From Schmidtea nova (lineage: Eukaryota): DNA of 64,000 bases. A model generated the notes under the pieces. It saw nothing but the letters and a program-made list of their open reading frames with translations. It ran no database searches and was not told the DNA's origin. A program made the position numbers and the translations under genes. The stretch is taken from contig CM097883.1 of assembly GCA_044892505.1 (NCBI GenBank), forward strand, positions 115,010,001 through 115,074,000, given 5' to 3'. Positions 38,469 through 51,769 of the stretch are shown in pieces (position 1 is the stretch's first letter; each line of letters starts with the position of its first letter).

Positions 38469-39620
38469 NNNNNNNNNNNNNNNNNNNNNNNNNNNNNNNN
38501 NNNNNNNNNNNNNNNNNNNNNNNNNNNNNNNNNNNNNNNNNNNNNNNNNNNNNNNNNNNNNNNNNNNNNNNNNNNNNNNNNNNNNNNNNNNNNNNNNNNN
38601 NNNNNAAGAATTTGCGGTATAATACTTCACTTTCCACCGAAATCTTGGCAGATTTACGAAACTTTTCTGAGAAATTGCCGAAATTTATTAAGAATTTACA
38701 TCGGCTTAAATTTACGGAGATTGTGCGGAGAATTTACAAGAAAGTTCAGAAATTTTCAAGCCAACATTTTTCAGGATCATCAGACCCCCTTTTGAGTTAT
38801 CAGAAAAATTGAAAATTCATTATTGAACTCTAAAGAACCCGTACCACTCAATCAAATTTTGGACACGGGAATCCAGTGCGCTGACGATCATTAGAAACTC
38901 CCATTGAAGGATCCTCTTAATGTAAGACCCATAATTGTTTTATCATGGGTTAGAGGGCCATGCTTATCTTACACATGCTAGGTATTTTATTTTATTATTA
39001 TATTTTATNNNNNNNNNNNNNNNNNNNNNNNNNNNNNNNNNNNNNNNNNNNNNNNNNNNNNNNNNNNNNNNNNNNNNNNNNNNNNNNNNNNNNNNNNNNN
39101 NNNNNNNNNNNNNNNNNNNNNNNNNNNNNNNNNNNNNNNNNNNNNNNNNNNNNNTTTATTTTATTTCTAAATTAATTCATTATTTCAGTTTTTTTGTTAT
39201 TGTAATGTTTAGAAAAAATTTAAAGATGGTAATGAATAATAATATTTTTTGATTAATTCTATATTTATTTGTCATACTTTTTTACGCACCTAAACTAATG
39301 CACACATAATTTTAAAACTTATTAGTACTATCATATAATTAATTTGTTACTTAGATACATTCCGATGTCGGTCCAGTCCTATGCGACGTACCGACTAGAT
39401 AGCCTAATTGGATCGCCAGTAGTTTGAAATCATGCAATATACCCGGCCCATATTTTTGTTAGGGATAGGCCCTTAGGCCTCTACGTTAATTTCTAAAAAA
39501 TATTTTAAATAATTTCAAAAATCTATTTTTGATAATTTGTAATTGCTAAAAATAGATAGATAAATAGTAATTTATTAATAATATTTATATTAATAATTAT
39601 TTATATTAATAATTATTATA

Positions 39621-40270
39621 ATACTAGGTAATTGTAAAGCGCCTAAGGCACCCGTTGACAAATCATAAAAGTTTATTTTGCAAATTAAAAATTAATCCAG
39701 AGTTGCAAGTCAAGTGAAGATGCTTATTGAATCGAATCCACAGCAAGGAAATCTTTGAATGATCAAAGACAATTCACACGGAATGTAGTTTTTCAAGACG
39801 TTCTTCAATAAAAACAATTTTTTTTGCCATTCCATATATATATAACAGAAATAATTTTCAATTGCTTAAGAATAAAAGAAATTTAATTTTTAATAAAAAT
39901 TTCGTACATCAAATTGTTCATTTATTTTATTATTTGTCAACTGGCGCCTTATGCGCCTTACAATTACCTTACAATTACTATTATCCTAAACGTTGCCCTA
40001 TAATCTTTCGCCTTTTATCCTAAATGTTTCCATATAATCTTTCGTCTTTTATCCTAAATGTCTCCCTATGTTTCTCTATAATCTTTCGCCTTTTATCCTA
40101 AATGTTTCCATATAATCTTTCGCCTTTTATCCTAAATGTTTCCATATAATCTTTCGCCTTTTATCCTAAATGTTTCTCGATTCAATAAGCACCTTCACTT
40201 TACTTGCGTTATAGAATCAGTCAGTGAATCAGTCAGTGAATCAGTGATGAGCGTAATTATTATATGGTAG
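39621..40270 (+). mobile_element. Helentron-associated (HINE/DINE-1-like) non-autonomous element, tentative
   Basis: ~40 bp inverted pair (39625 / 39971), a ~32 bp tandem array at 39990-40175, (CAGT)n-type microsatellite, and end ttattatatggtagat. Confidence 0.45.
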
Positions 40271-41824
40271 ATAATAATTATAATAATTATAATAAATAAA
40301 TATAATGATTAATAATAAATATAATTAATTAATAATATAAAAATTAATAATAAATATAATAATTATTATAATATAGTAATTTTTTAATAATTAATAATTA
40401 TTTATATTAATTTATAATTATCAATAAGATATTTATAGTAAATAATATTATAAAAATTAAACAATTTATAAGGATATAAAATTTGTTAGTAAAGGAGAAC
40501 AAAAAATTATTTTAGTTTAACACGACTAGTATACAGGAATTTGACATTAAAATAGTGAGGAATCAGTTTTGATATTCAAAGTCTTTGCACAAAGTTTGCA
40601 CGACAGAAATATTTTATCTGATCTGTGACATTTAAAAGCAAATTTGTATGAAGAGAAAATATTGACATTTAAATCGGACAGGGTTTGTGAAGACAGCTGA
40701 ACACGAAAAGTAGTATAAAAGCAGATTCAACTTGGATATTTTTTAGTTTATCATAACTAGTTTGAAAAAAATATATTTTGTTCAATTAAACAAGGTAAAT
40801 AGTTTTAACTTTACGTACACAAAGTAATTAACGGTTTTAGTGTACCAGGGTAGCCCCGATATTTGAACTTCTTACCCTCTGAATTTATTTTTAATCAAAT
40901 GTGTTCTGCCATTAGAAGGTACCGTGTTGATTGCTGACAAGTGAAGGAATCGATCTTTGGATCATGTTCTTGTATCTCTGTAGTAAATTGTAGATTAGTT
41001 GCTAAATAAAAGTTTTTTAGTGAGAGAAAGTGTTTTGATATATTTAATATCATTCGCTATCCAACGCAATCATATAGTCATATATTTATATATAAAAATA
41101 ATTGGATAATTTGGAATCAGATAAATAAATATATCGATTAATAAATAATTTAACTCTCACGAAATTACTTGTGTTATCTTCAAAACATTTCCCGTTGAAT
41201 ATTACATTTCCATAGAGGCAACGAAAATACATCTTCGTGCACCTCATCTTATACACTGTTGTATAAGGAACGGTGCCTTGCCCAAGGATTTTTCAAATAA
41301 CCATTATTTATATTTATATTACAGTAATGTTGGATAATCAAGGGAAGCTCATCCACACATTCATTCCTAATAAATATTATAAAACAGGCCTAATAAATAC
41401 AGGATCAACATACAATCGGAAAGCCCCTGTAATTAAAACTTATGATCAATATATCCAAATCCAATCCCTCAACCAAACAATCATTACCTAATTCTCAAAT
41501 CAAGTCTTAAAATCTGTGCAAAAAACCCTTCAAATCCATCCAATCACTCTCGAAAAATCAATCAAATCCCAAAATCTCAAATCAATTCAAAAATGATTAT
41601 CCAAATAACAATCGCAAATTGTAGTGCCTCCGTTATATATATTAAATTAAAATAATTCTATTTTCAAAAAAAAGTTTGTTTAAAAAAGCACGAAAGAAGA
41701 ACCAGTTTAAAAAAACGCACGAAAAAAGAAGCAGTTTAAAAACAATATAAATAAATGTTTTATTGCACCTATTTCACTTTTGTTTTAGTTGTATAAGCAA
41801 CGAAAGTTACAACCACAATAACTG

Positions 41825-42480
41825 GTGTCAGAACTGACAACTTTCAGCAACAAGATATGCCACAGTACCATTCGTCATATCCCATTTATCGTCCATGTTC
41901 AACAGCAGCAATCCCAGCAACAACAGCAGTTGCAACATCAGTCACATAAAAAACTTATGCCCCCTCAATCAATGATTAATCAGCAGCCCAAAAATTTCAT
42001 TTCAAATCATATTCAACCGAATCAAATTTCTCAGCCTCAGCATCAGTTTCATGGCTCCCTTGAAATTGTGTTTTTGCAATATCAATCATATCTTAATCAA
42101 TAATTTCCCATTAATACTACCAATAATTGGCCTACACAATAGATCTCTGCTACGATAATTCCGGTGGAATGATTCCAGGGCGTCAGTCCAAGTAAGACCT
42201 CAGCAAGCGCCATCTATTATGGTAAATAATACGTTTGTCAATGCACAATTCAATGTTCACCAAATGAATTATCAACATCTAGCAGCATCAAATGCTAATG
42301 CACAAATGCAAATGCAAATTCAACAACATCAAATATCTCAACCGACTAGTTCTATGAATATGGATGCTCCTAAACACCAAAGCAACATGTCAGGAATTAA
42401 CAATACGACAGTAGCGTCAATTTCAAGCAATCAACCGAATGATAATATAATTATCAATGCAAATAATATGACAATACGTA
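41825..42480 (+). pseudogene. Q/N-rich low-complexity ORF remnant directly after the PBS
   Basis: VQQQQSQQQQQLQHQ...NQQPKNF and NAQFNVHQMNYQH...NANAQMQMQIQQHQ in broken frames. Confidence 0.45.
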
Positions 42481-42531
42481 TTATTTATTATATTACTATA
42501 AATAAAATTTTATTTATATTCATGATAATTA

Positions 42532-42587
<56 letters not shown>

Positions 42588-43357
42588 AATAAATTTATTT
42601 ATAAAATTACTCATCCAAATTTCTCTACCCCGCCATTTTTCCGCCCTTTAACTACAAACCGCACCCACAATCCTAACCAAGATCAAACCCAAGATAACGA
42701 TTCTTTCCCCACAACTACACCGATACCACCAGCCTATGTCCTCACGCGTCTTAATCGCAGAATGCGGGAAATCGCTGTTACCTTTGATCTATACACCGAC
42801 ATTGCCACATCGCTTCGCATCGACAAGACATCATTCTACGTGTTGTGTAATGGTTTTTTAGACTCTTCTTCTACAAATTTGCAGTCTTATTCAATCTTAG
42901 ACATCCACTGTCGCATCCTAGAAGGCGGTCGAACCACAACAGAACCATATTCATCATCCGGATTCCGCTCCATTCTGTTTTTTCTAGACCGAGGCGGTAC
43001 ACCTTCCTTGTGGTTTCGGATCGATGCGTTACACGATGCTTACCCAATACCACTCATCAAGAATCTGTCTTCACGTTTTTCCGTGAACACAGTTTTTTCC
43101 ACAATTGACCTCGCCAAAGCATTCCACCAGTTCCCTGTCAATCCAGATAATATTCCAAAAACAGCAATGACTACCCCTTTCGGCAACTTCGAATACCTGT
43201 TCATGCCATTTGGTCTCAGGAACGTTGCATAAACACTCCAACGCTTCATGGACATCAACTTCCGACACCTCAACCACAAGTTCGCCTATCTAAACGACAT
43301 CATTATCACTTCTCACGATGAGTCTGCACACGCAAAAGACTTAATGCAGGTATTTGA

Positions 43358-43606
43358 CGGTTACATGACGAAATTACACAGAGCAAAATTACACGGGACA
43401 AAATTACACAGGACAAAATTACACAGAAGAAATTACACATAGACAGAATTACACAAGGACGAAATTAGACATACGAAAATTACACTTCTTATGTGTAATT
43501 TCGTCCTTTTGCAATTTCTTCCTTGTGTAATTCTGTCTATGTGTAATTTCTTCTGTGTAATTTTGTCCCGTGTAATTTTGTCATGTGTAATTCTGTCCTG
43601 ATACCG
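43358..43606. mobile_element. Foldback-type MITE with subrepeated arms, inserted in the Gypsy RT
   Basis: Ends CGGT...ACCG, arms built of ~13 bp aattacac repeats, and 8 bp TSD GTATTTGA. Removing it restores RT continuity (DLMQVFDIL..NNFQVSPDKCQF). A one-armed copy lies at 57857-58010. Confidence 0.88.
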
Positions 43607-45169
43607 GTATTTGACATCCTCGACAAAACAACTTCCAGGTTAGCCCTGATAAGTGCCAGTTCTTCAAGTCGCGCATTTGCTTTCTAGGCCACACACTATC
43701 CGCAAACGGATGCGAACTTTTCTCGGAAAGACTAGACGTTATCCGTTCGTTTTCAAAGCCGTCTATGGTCACAAAACTCCGCAGCTTTCTTGGAACTGTA
43801 AACTTTGACACAGAGTTATTCCAAACTCGTCTGACATTACGACACCACTATCAGTCCTCAATCATAGCCCCAAAAAGGCTATTATCAAATGGTCCGACAA
43901 AACAGACCAGGCTTTCACCGAACTGTTTAAGTACATCACAAACATCCTCAACATTAGGCACCTACGAACTTATTCCTATCATATGCAGACCAATGGCCTC
44001 GTCGACCGCGCTCATCGCACTATCAAGACCTCACTCCGCATCCTTGCATTTCCTCTGGATGGACCAAATAACTGCCATTCGTACTACTAGGATAACACAA
44101 CACACCCAATCGCTCAAGCGGAGTATATCCAGCACAATTACTGTTCGGTTTCAACATACGCATGCCATCAGAGCTTATAAAGACAGACTCTGAATCGTCA
44201 TTACAACAAATAAACCAGGCCCACAGTCACTTCCTTGCCATATCCTCCAACCCATCCTTCACATACTGAACCTCTTACAAACCATACATTCCAAACACAC
44301 TTACCTCAGCTTCACATGCCTGGTTAAAATGCATTGATTCCTCTAACATGAAGCGTCGGTATAAAGGACCCTTCCCCGCCATAAAACTGTACAAAAACAC
44401 GGCCCAATTGGACATCGACGGTACACTGAACAGCCTAAAGCCTGTTTTCGTGCTAGGTGATCAGGATAATTATCTTCCCCTTCACATCCCATCCGACAAA
44501 GATTTAATCAAAGACCCCCAAACGACCCGAGCTCCAAGCTCCGAGGCCCCCACCCTCTACCCATTCCGCGATCACACAACCACGTCCACTGTCATCCACA
44601 GTATCTCTCAGACAACCTTCTCGACTTTCACTTCGACCCTTGATTACCGTTTTGTCCTTTTCCCATACGCTCCGCGTACTTAAGCTAAAGTTTGTTTAAA
44701 AAAGCACGAAACAATAACCAGTTTAGAAAGAAAAAGCACAAAAAAGAAGCAGTTTAAAAACCATATAAATAAATGTTTTATTGCACCTATTTCACTTTTG
44801 TTTTAATTTTAGGGACAACGAAAGTTGTAACCACTTTTTAGTATTCAAAATTTATATATATAAAACAATTAATTAAAAAGTTCTTAATCAGTTGTGATAG
44901 AATAAAACATTTTAATGCCACGTTTTATTGTATTAAAGGTGACTTTATACTAATTTCATTGTTTAATTCCTTTCTAAATGTATTCTAAATCAAATTGAGT
45001 TGAGCGCAATCAAACACAACAAATTTTGGCTTAATTAAAAATTGTTTTAATTCAACAATATGCTCAGAAAGCACGATACTCCTTTATATTTGGACGAAGA
45101 TACGATCTTTTTTATGAATTTGCAAGTTTTCCGATTGAAAAATCGGTCAATCAGCGCCTTTTAAAAGCG

Positions 45170-46810
45170 TTACACTAGAACAGACAGACATATAATTTGC
45201 TATGTAACAAAGTCTGTCTTACCAATCGACATCTGTATTGCTGCATTCAGTTTGAATTCTATTTCTGGCAATATTTCTGTCCAATCTGGTTTTTCCTCTC
45301 CCTCAGTGACGTATGCATGTAATCCCTTATAGTTCTGAATTACCTCTCTATGATACCGTTCATATTATGATGATATGGATTTGAAAAGCAAAATTTTATT
45401 TCCATAGACCTTGTCATTTCTGATACTGCTCTTGATTCGAATACCCTCCCACGATCTATGTAGATCTCCATTGGTGCTCCAAATCTTAATATCCAAAATC
45501 TCATGATAGTTTCTTTTATTGTCTTTTCATATTGTCTTGATACCGGTAGTAGTACTGTATATCTATTAAATTGATCAATTGTGGCAACGATATATTTCTT
45601 TTTCCTAAACGTTTNNNNNNNNNNNNNNNNNNNNNNNNNNNNNNNNNNNNNNNNNNNNNNNNNNNNNNNNNNNNNNNNNNNNNNNNNNNNNNNNNNNNNN
45701 NNNNNNNNNNNNNNNNNNNNNNNNNNNNNNNNNNNNNNNNNNNNNNNNNNNNNNNNNNNNNNNNNNNNNNNNNNNNNNNNNNNNNNNNNNNNNNNNNNNN
45801 NNNNNNNNNNNNNNNNNNNNNNNNNNNNNNNNNNNNNNNNNNNNNNNNNNNNNNNNNNNNNNNNNNNNNNNNNNNNNNNNNNNNNNNNNNNNNNNNNNNN
45901 NNNNNNCTGAATATTTTATCGTTTTCTCTTCTGTAGTTGATGTCACTACCTTTATTCTTTGACACGGCTGACATTCTTTAATTATTTCTTTTACTATTTC
46001 TTTCATATTTTTCATATCGTAGTTGTTTTTCATATACGATATCGTTTTTTCAACTTCTGCGTTAGAAAGTAAACTGTGGCTTGTCTATATCACTTCCTGA
46101 CGTTTATCTTCATGAATCTATATTTTCTTTTCCTTTGTTTTCACTGTATCGTTTTCCAGAATAAACTTCCATGACGCCTCTCGAATAATCTCTTCTTTTA
46201 TTTGTCTAGTCTCTGTACTATTTTCTCACCATTCAATCTTCTCGTCGTTATCTATCGCATTAATCCTTCTGGTCTTTAGCTTGTCCTCCTTTGGTTCTTC
46301 ATGTATTAATAAACATTGTGTGCACGTTCCACATGTCTTCCTTGATAACATATCTTCGTTAGTGTGTTTTGTCCCTTCTCTGTATTCTATTTTTATATTG
46401 AAACTACTGAGAAGGTTGATTCAAGTCTGGAATTGTGCCGAGATCGGCTTCTTTGTCTTCAACATGAATGTGATCGCTTTATGATCTGTGCGTAATGTAA
46501 ATCTTCTCCCGTACAAATAGCGATTAAAGTGTTGGCAAAAATATTAAACTGCTAATAACTCCTTTCTCGTCGTTGTTCTTTGCGTGCGATACATACGCTA
46601 TAACCCTTTCATTTCCCTCGTCGTCTAACTGTAATAATACAGCACCGATTGTCACAAAACTGGCATCTGTATCTAAAATAAACTCTTTATTGACATCTGA
46701 GAAACCCAACGCTTGTGTTGACGTCAACACCCCTTTCATCTCGTTAAACGCTCTATCGCAATTATCTGTCCATACTAGTTTCTTTTCTCTATTCTTCACA
46801 ACAATAAATT
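45170..46810 (-). mobile_element. Gypsy pol fragment (connection, RNase H, integrase)
   Basis: FILDTDASFVTIGAVLLQ, FTLRTDHKAI, zinc-binding CQPCQRIK, and core RFGAPMEIYIDRG...NPYHHNMNGIIER. Gap at 45615-45906. Confidence 0.9.
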
Positions 46811-46839
46811 ATTTATAGATATTGCCTCAGGTCTAAAAT

Positions 46840-46905
<66 letters not shown>

Positions 46906-48566
46906 TTATTAAAAAACAGATTTACATCACCAATTATTGATAAGATTTTCACTTATCAATGACAATAAACGACAACCATGATTTGCTTTAAAAAATTAAT
47001 CGGGATAAAATATTTCCTGTATTTTTTCGAACTCCATCATAGGTTTATCACTGAAAAGCGTGTTGAGCACAGCAACTGGGTCATATCCAGTAACAATTAT
47101 TCCGATTATTACCAGTACACTGCAAAGGAGAACTCCCTAATTTAAATCATTATTTAGAGCTCTGTTTTCAGTTCCTTGATTTCGATTATGTTTGATATCC
47201 TTCAACTTCAGATGAATGAACGCTAGTATAGTAAGAGATGTTAATTCTTTACTAAGTTCCGATTTTCCTCAGAAGCACATTCATTGCTTGTCTGACAGTT
47301 CAAATGTAAATTATTTGGAAGAGAAAATTCATCATTGGCGAAATTGAGGACAATTTCGAAGATAAATTAAAAATATTATCGCCAATATAATCAAACAAGC
47401 CGGAAAATTCTATGACTAAAATTCCTTAATACAATTTATAAATATAAATGGAACAATAATATAAATTACTGATTGATCTTGCTTCAACTGGTTTTAAATT
47501 TCCCTGAACCTAAAAATAAAAATAATCAATACAGTATAATAAAGAAAATTATTTACCTAAAATAAACAGCGACCAATAAATATATGCCATCTGTAAAGCA
47601 AATATTAAAATCGTTCCAACTGATTATCTTGGAAGGCAATTGTCTATATAGTAATAAATAAAATATAAAATTCTTGCATTATGAGAAATTGAACTGTAAA
47701 TTTAAATTTTGTTAATTGATATTTTGCTTATGAATTTAGAGTTAAATTTCAAATATAAATTAAATAAAACGGGTAACGTCGAATCTGTTATTTTTTAGCA
47801 TTAACTCCTAATATCATTTTACAAACTATGATTTAAATTTTTTTATTTATTACAAACTAGTACCCTTTTACTGATATTAAGCATTTAACCTATGACGGTC
47901 GTGTGTCGGAAAATCCCATCTCTAACATTACTTATGCAAATATTGACTTATAATTTACAAATAAAGCGGGTTTCGTGTGTAATTTACTTTTATGAGATCC
48001 ATTGATTGAAAATCGAAAGACGACCGGGTTCTTACAAAAATTGGAAAAAGAAGGAAATCCAAAATACATGTTAGTTGCGAGAACCCTTCCCTTCACAAAT
48101 AGTGTTTATTTTGATAACTTACCGAAAAAAATTCATCAGTAAGTTTAGTATAGCAAGAACAGCAATAAATTACTATCAGAACCCAAGAATTCCAGTACCA
48201 ATGTTCTTTAATTTAATGAATGTTTTCCGTTACCAGAATAAGCGTTCCGAATGGAGTTGTGACAAAGATTGTTTAGGAATGATGTTTGGTTGAGGTAAAT
48301 TCTAGAAATCTGTATTGTGTTTGGTGTTGTTTCGCTGAACAATGTAGCGCATAATGGTCAAACGGCGAAATCTAACTTGTGTTGCCGATAATTAAGATTT
48401 TAATGATTAAAAATAGATTAATGATGATTATATTCTAAGCAGTTATCCAAATGTATAATGAATAACTTGGCTAATAAATTGCTTATGAGAATGATGAATG
48501 GGAAAAATAGAATTTAGCTATTACCGACATGTGATCAGTGGTCGTAATATTGATTTTAGTTTAGAT

Positions 48567-48960
48567 GACACATTCGCAACTCAACGAAATCATTAAGTAG
48601 ATGAAAAGTTTTGAATTGAACATTGGGAAAATAAATGTCTGACTGGTCGATATGGAAGAGGAGAAGAAGCTCTTCTGGTCAGAAAATCGATCTCTTAGCG
48701 AGCGGTTGGATAAATTTAGATAGCGCTGCCGCTTGATGGAGGCCACGTGGACCAATACAGAGAAAACGGCTAATCTGAAGAGGTAAATTCAGATTATCCA
48801 ACAGCATACCATTGAAGACGCAATGCAGAGCCGTTCTCTAAAAACGAAGGTGAAGGAGAGTGATGCACATTAAATCCGCACTCAGGTCGAAGTCAGCCTT
48901 GCCTTGACAACCATTTTGGGAACAAAACATTTAACATTGAATTTGTTTCCTCCGAATCGG
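48567..48960 (+). pseudogene. Degraded coiled-coil ORF of unknown origin
   Basis: One frame of about 130 codons (LNEIIK*MKSFELNIGKINV*LVDMEEEKKLFWSENRSLSERLDKF) interrupted only by isolated stops. Confidence 0.3.
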
Positions 48961-50769
48961 TAGAAGATGAGGCTCCCTCGGCAGAAGTCCCTCCACGACC
49001 CAAGAGCTTCAAACTGAGTAAAGGAGTACGAACTCGCTGACGTCACCGGGAGGGGGCCTGAATACTGGGCTAGATAAGAAAGAACACCGTAGGATCAATC
49101 GACCTTTTTTACCCTAATGACAGATGTTTTTTTCGAATATTCTTCTCTGTATATTATTATTATTTGTTTTAATATTTGTATAATATTATTTTTTGTTTTG
49201 TTATTCGATGTAAATACCAGGTATCATATGCATGTAAATATTTTTAATCTTAATTATAATCTTGTTATTTATGTCTGTGATTTGCGATTGGTTAAAATCG
49301 ACTTAACGGGGTCATTCTAAAAAACTCTCATCCCCTAATAAGTTAATTCGAAGAAATTAGGTATGGAGTTAGTAACAATTAAATGAAAAGCAATTTGTTA
49401 AAATTTTTAGGGCCAATGTCTTAATAGAGTACGGGACTAAAATGGGCAAATCACCTTCTATCGGTCGCCCTTGAACCCACCCATGGCATTCAGTCAATTA
49501 TAGTTTCAATTTATTCGACGCTCATATTTTGCGAATGTCCACACATTTGTTGCAGTACCCACGTTACACTGTAACAGGTAACAAGATTGTTAATTAATAT
49601 TTTATATGTTGAGTAGTTGATATTGATCAATAGTAACAGTCAAGGTCATATTTACTATCAATACCCACCATTACTAGGGATTACTGTAACCAACAAACCG
49701 TCATGAAAATGTTAAAATTTCCCTAACTCATGTACCCATAGTTACTTCTTCGTAAACTATATTGGCAATGTACACAGTGGTGCGAGAATTCAATGAGCAG
49801 GTGAGCTTTATTGCCAAAACTACTACTCATAGTGTTCTATCTTCGGGTTCCTGCTGCTGATAACAGGTCTTACTCTCATAATTACGCTTTACTTTAAAGA
49901 TATAATTTTATTTATAAACTCTAAACATTCTATAACATCGCTTTATGATATTTAACATCCACGCCTATCCATTCCAAAAAATATCTAAATAACACCCCGT
50001 ATATTCCTTCTGGTTTACTTTCCAATCACACCTTCTAATTCTCATTTACCCTAGAATATCTATATAATTTAATAAACAATGACCAGAGAACCCGTTCCGA
50101 CTATTCAGTTCGATCTCTCCAATGCACCGAGAACTCGTGCCCGGTGGGCCGATAGAGCTCTTACTAAATTTGTCCGGGAAAATCAAATTAAGAAAGAGCA
50201 AAAACAAAAACAAACACAATCCTTTCAAATATTTATTAAACATAATACAAAAACGTCCAATTACTATTTACACAAAAGAATAAAACATACTTGTCAAAAT
50301 TGTTCCGCTTGAATCGCTAAATACAATATCGATGATGGCTGGTAGAGTGGTTTACAAATTTCATAAATGTCTATCCACAAAAGTGATATTTAAATTCTAA
50401 TTTTTCAGCGTCTATATATACTTTTTTTTGTGTTAAGCCTACGCACTCATCGTCAAATAGAAATATTTATAATTTAATTTCTATATTTATTTTAATATTT
50501 AAATAATTTATTTTAATAAATGAATTATTTATTTGTTTTTAAGTAAATTTAGTTTTATAATTTATTTTCTAAATATTTATTCTTAATTCTACTAAACTAT
50601 GTGTGATTTCAATATGGCGTCATTTTGCGGGCGATAATTGAATAAATAATCTATTTTTTTATATTTTTGTCCCTATTTCTTTTATTTTAACGATATTTTA
50701 ATGGGGATTTCTTCTATAATTTTTAATAAATTATTCTCTTCGTTTTAATAATAGTTTTATTCTTCGATC

Positions 50770-51730
50770 ATGCTTTTACTAGCAATGATCTTCCCCATTC
50801 AAATCTCGTGCGATCTATCAAATGTAAATTTGACCTCAACTCAAATTATGTGCTGTCTTTTGAGATTCCTTTTTTATCGCTTTATCTCTAACTTGACCTT
50901 TTATGAAATGCGTTTTGTATATCCACTATTTGTTCTTATTTATTCTATATTATTTTCTTCTTTTTTCTGATAAATGCTTTTATATGATATCGTTAGCTTT
51001 GAATTTGCTCCTTTTATTTGTATTTATTTTTCAACGCATTAAAAACTTTTACCTTCCCTACTACCAGTCCAAAAATACTTTAGGCCAGTGATTCCCAAAT
51101 TAAAAGATACTGCCCTTCGTGAGAGGGCACAAGAATAATACAAGGGTCGATAATAACCCCAGGTACGTTTGAGGGGCGTTGAAAAAAGATAAGGGCGGTG
51201 AAAGCATAACTTTTATTTTCATATTATTATTATTTCATTGGTTATATGAATTTTCTGTGATTTTAATAAATAATTTTATAATTTCAAGCTTCTTCTTATT
51301 TACAACATCTTTCTTCACAATATTTTAGAAGTAGGTAGAAAAATAAACACATTTATATATTTCTGTTTGTTCGCTTAGAATCTAGATTTCCAAGAGGCGC
51401 TGAGTAAAGGGGGCGTTAAACAAAATAAGTTTGGGAACCACTGCTGTAAATTAATTATTTAATTAAATTAACGATCCTTAACAAATATATATATATTATC
51501 AATAATTCCCATAATGATGACTATAGATCAAATTTTTTTTTATAACCAATAACACAATATTTCGGCACAGCCTTTATCAAGTGTGTATTTCTAAATACAC
51601 ACTTGATAAAGGCTGTGCCGAAATATTGTGTTATTGTTTATAAAAAAAAATTTTGATCTATAGTCATCATTATTGGAACTATTGATAATAATAATAAAAA
51701 AAAGATCAAAGGTGAAAAAAGATAATTATG

Positions 51731-51769
<39 letters not shown>

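Larger units (their letters stand above)
41620..44834 (+). mobile_element. Degraded, internally deleted Gypsy LTR retrotransposon
   Basis: 5' LTR 41620-41817, partial 3' LTR 44687-44834, PBS TGGTGTCAGAA (tRNA-Leu type) at 41823, RT motifs DAYPIP...STIDLAKAFHQ...KTAMTTPFG.FEY..MPFGLRN...YLND, and an integrase remnant. Confidence 0.88.
3287..45906. other. Assembly gaps (N runs) scattered through this interval
   Basis: Runs near 3287, 10994, 12474, 13257, 13542, 18369, 18713, 35335, 38469, 39009 and 45615. Several abut the palindromic repeat. Confidence 0.99.

Noticed and set aside
39990-40175. CRISPR-like array (also 33088-33185 and 43358-43606)
   Set aside because: These are head-to-tail repeats without unique spacers, with no cas genes, in a eukaryotic context.
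40954-40975. miR-9-like seed TCTTTGG
   Set aside because: The rest of the sequence does not match and there is no complementary arm for a precursor hairpin.
47470-47592. Minus-strand mini-gene (TTTACAG|ATG, short GT-AG intron)
   Set aside because: Splicing yields only 19 codons, and the other frames hit stops.
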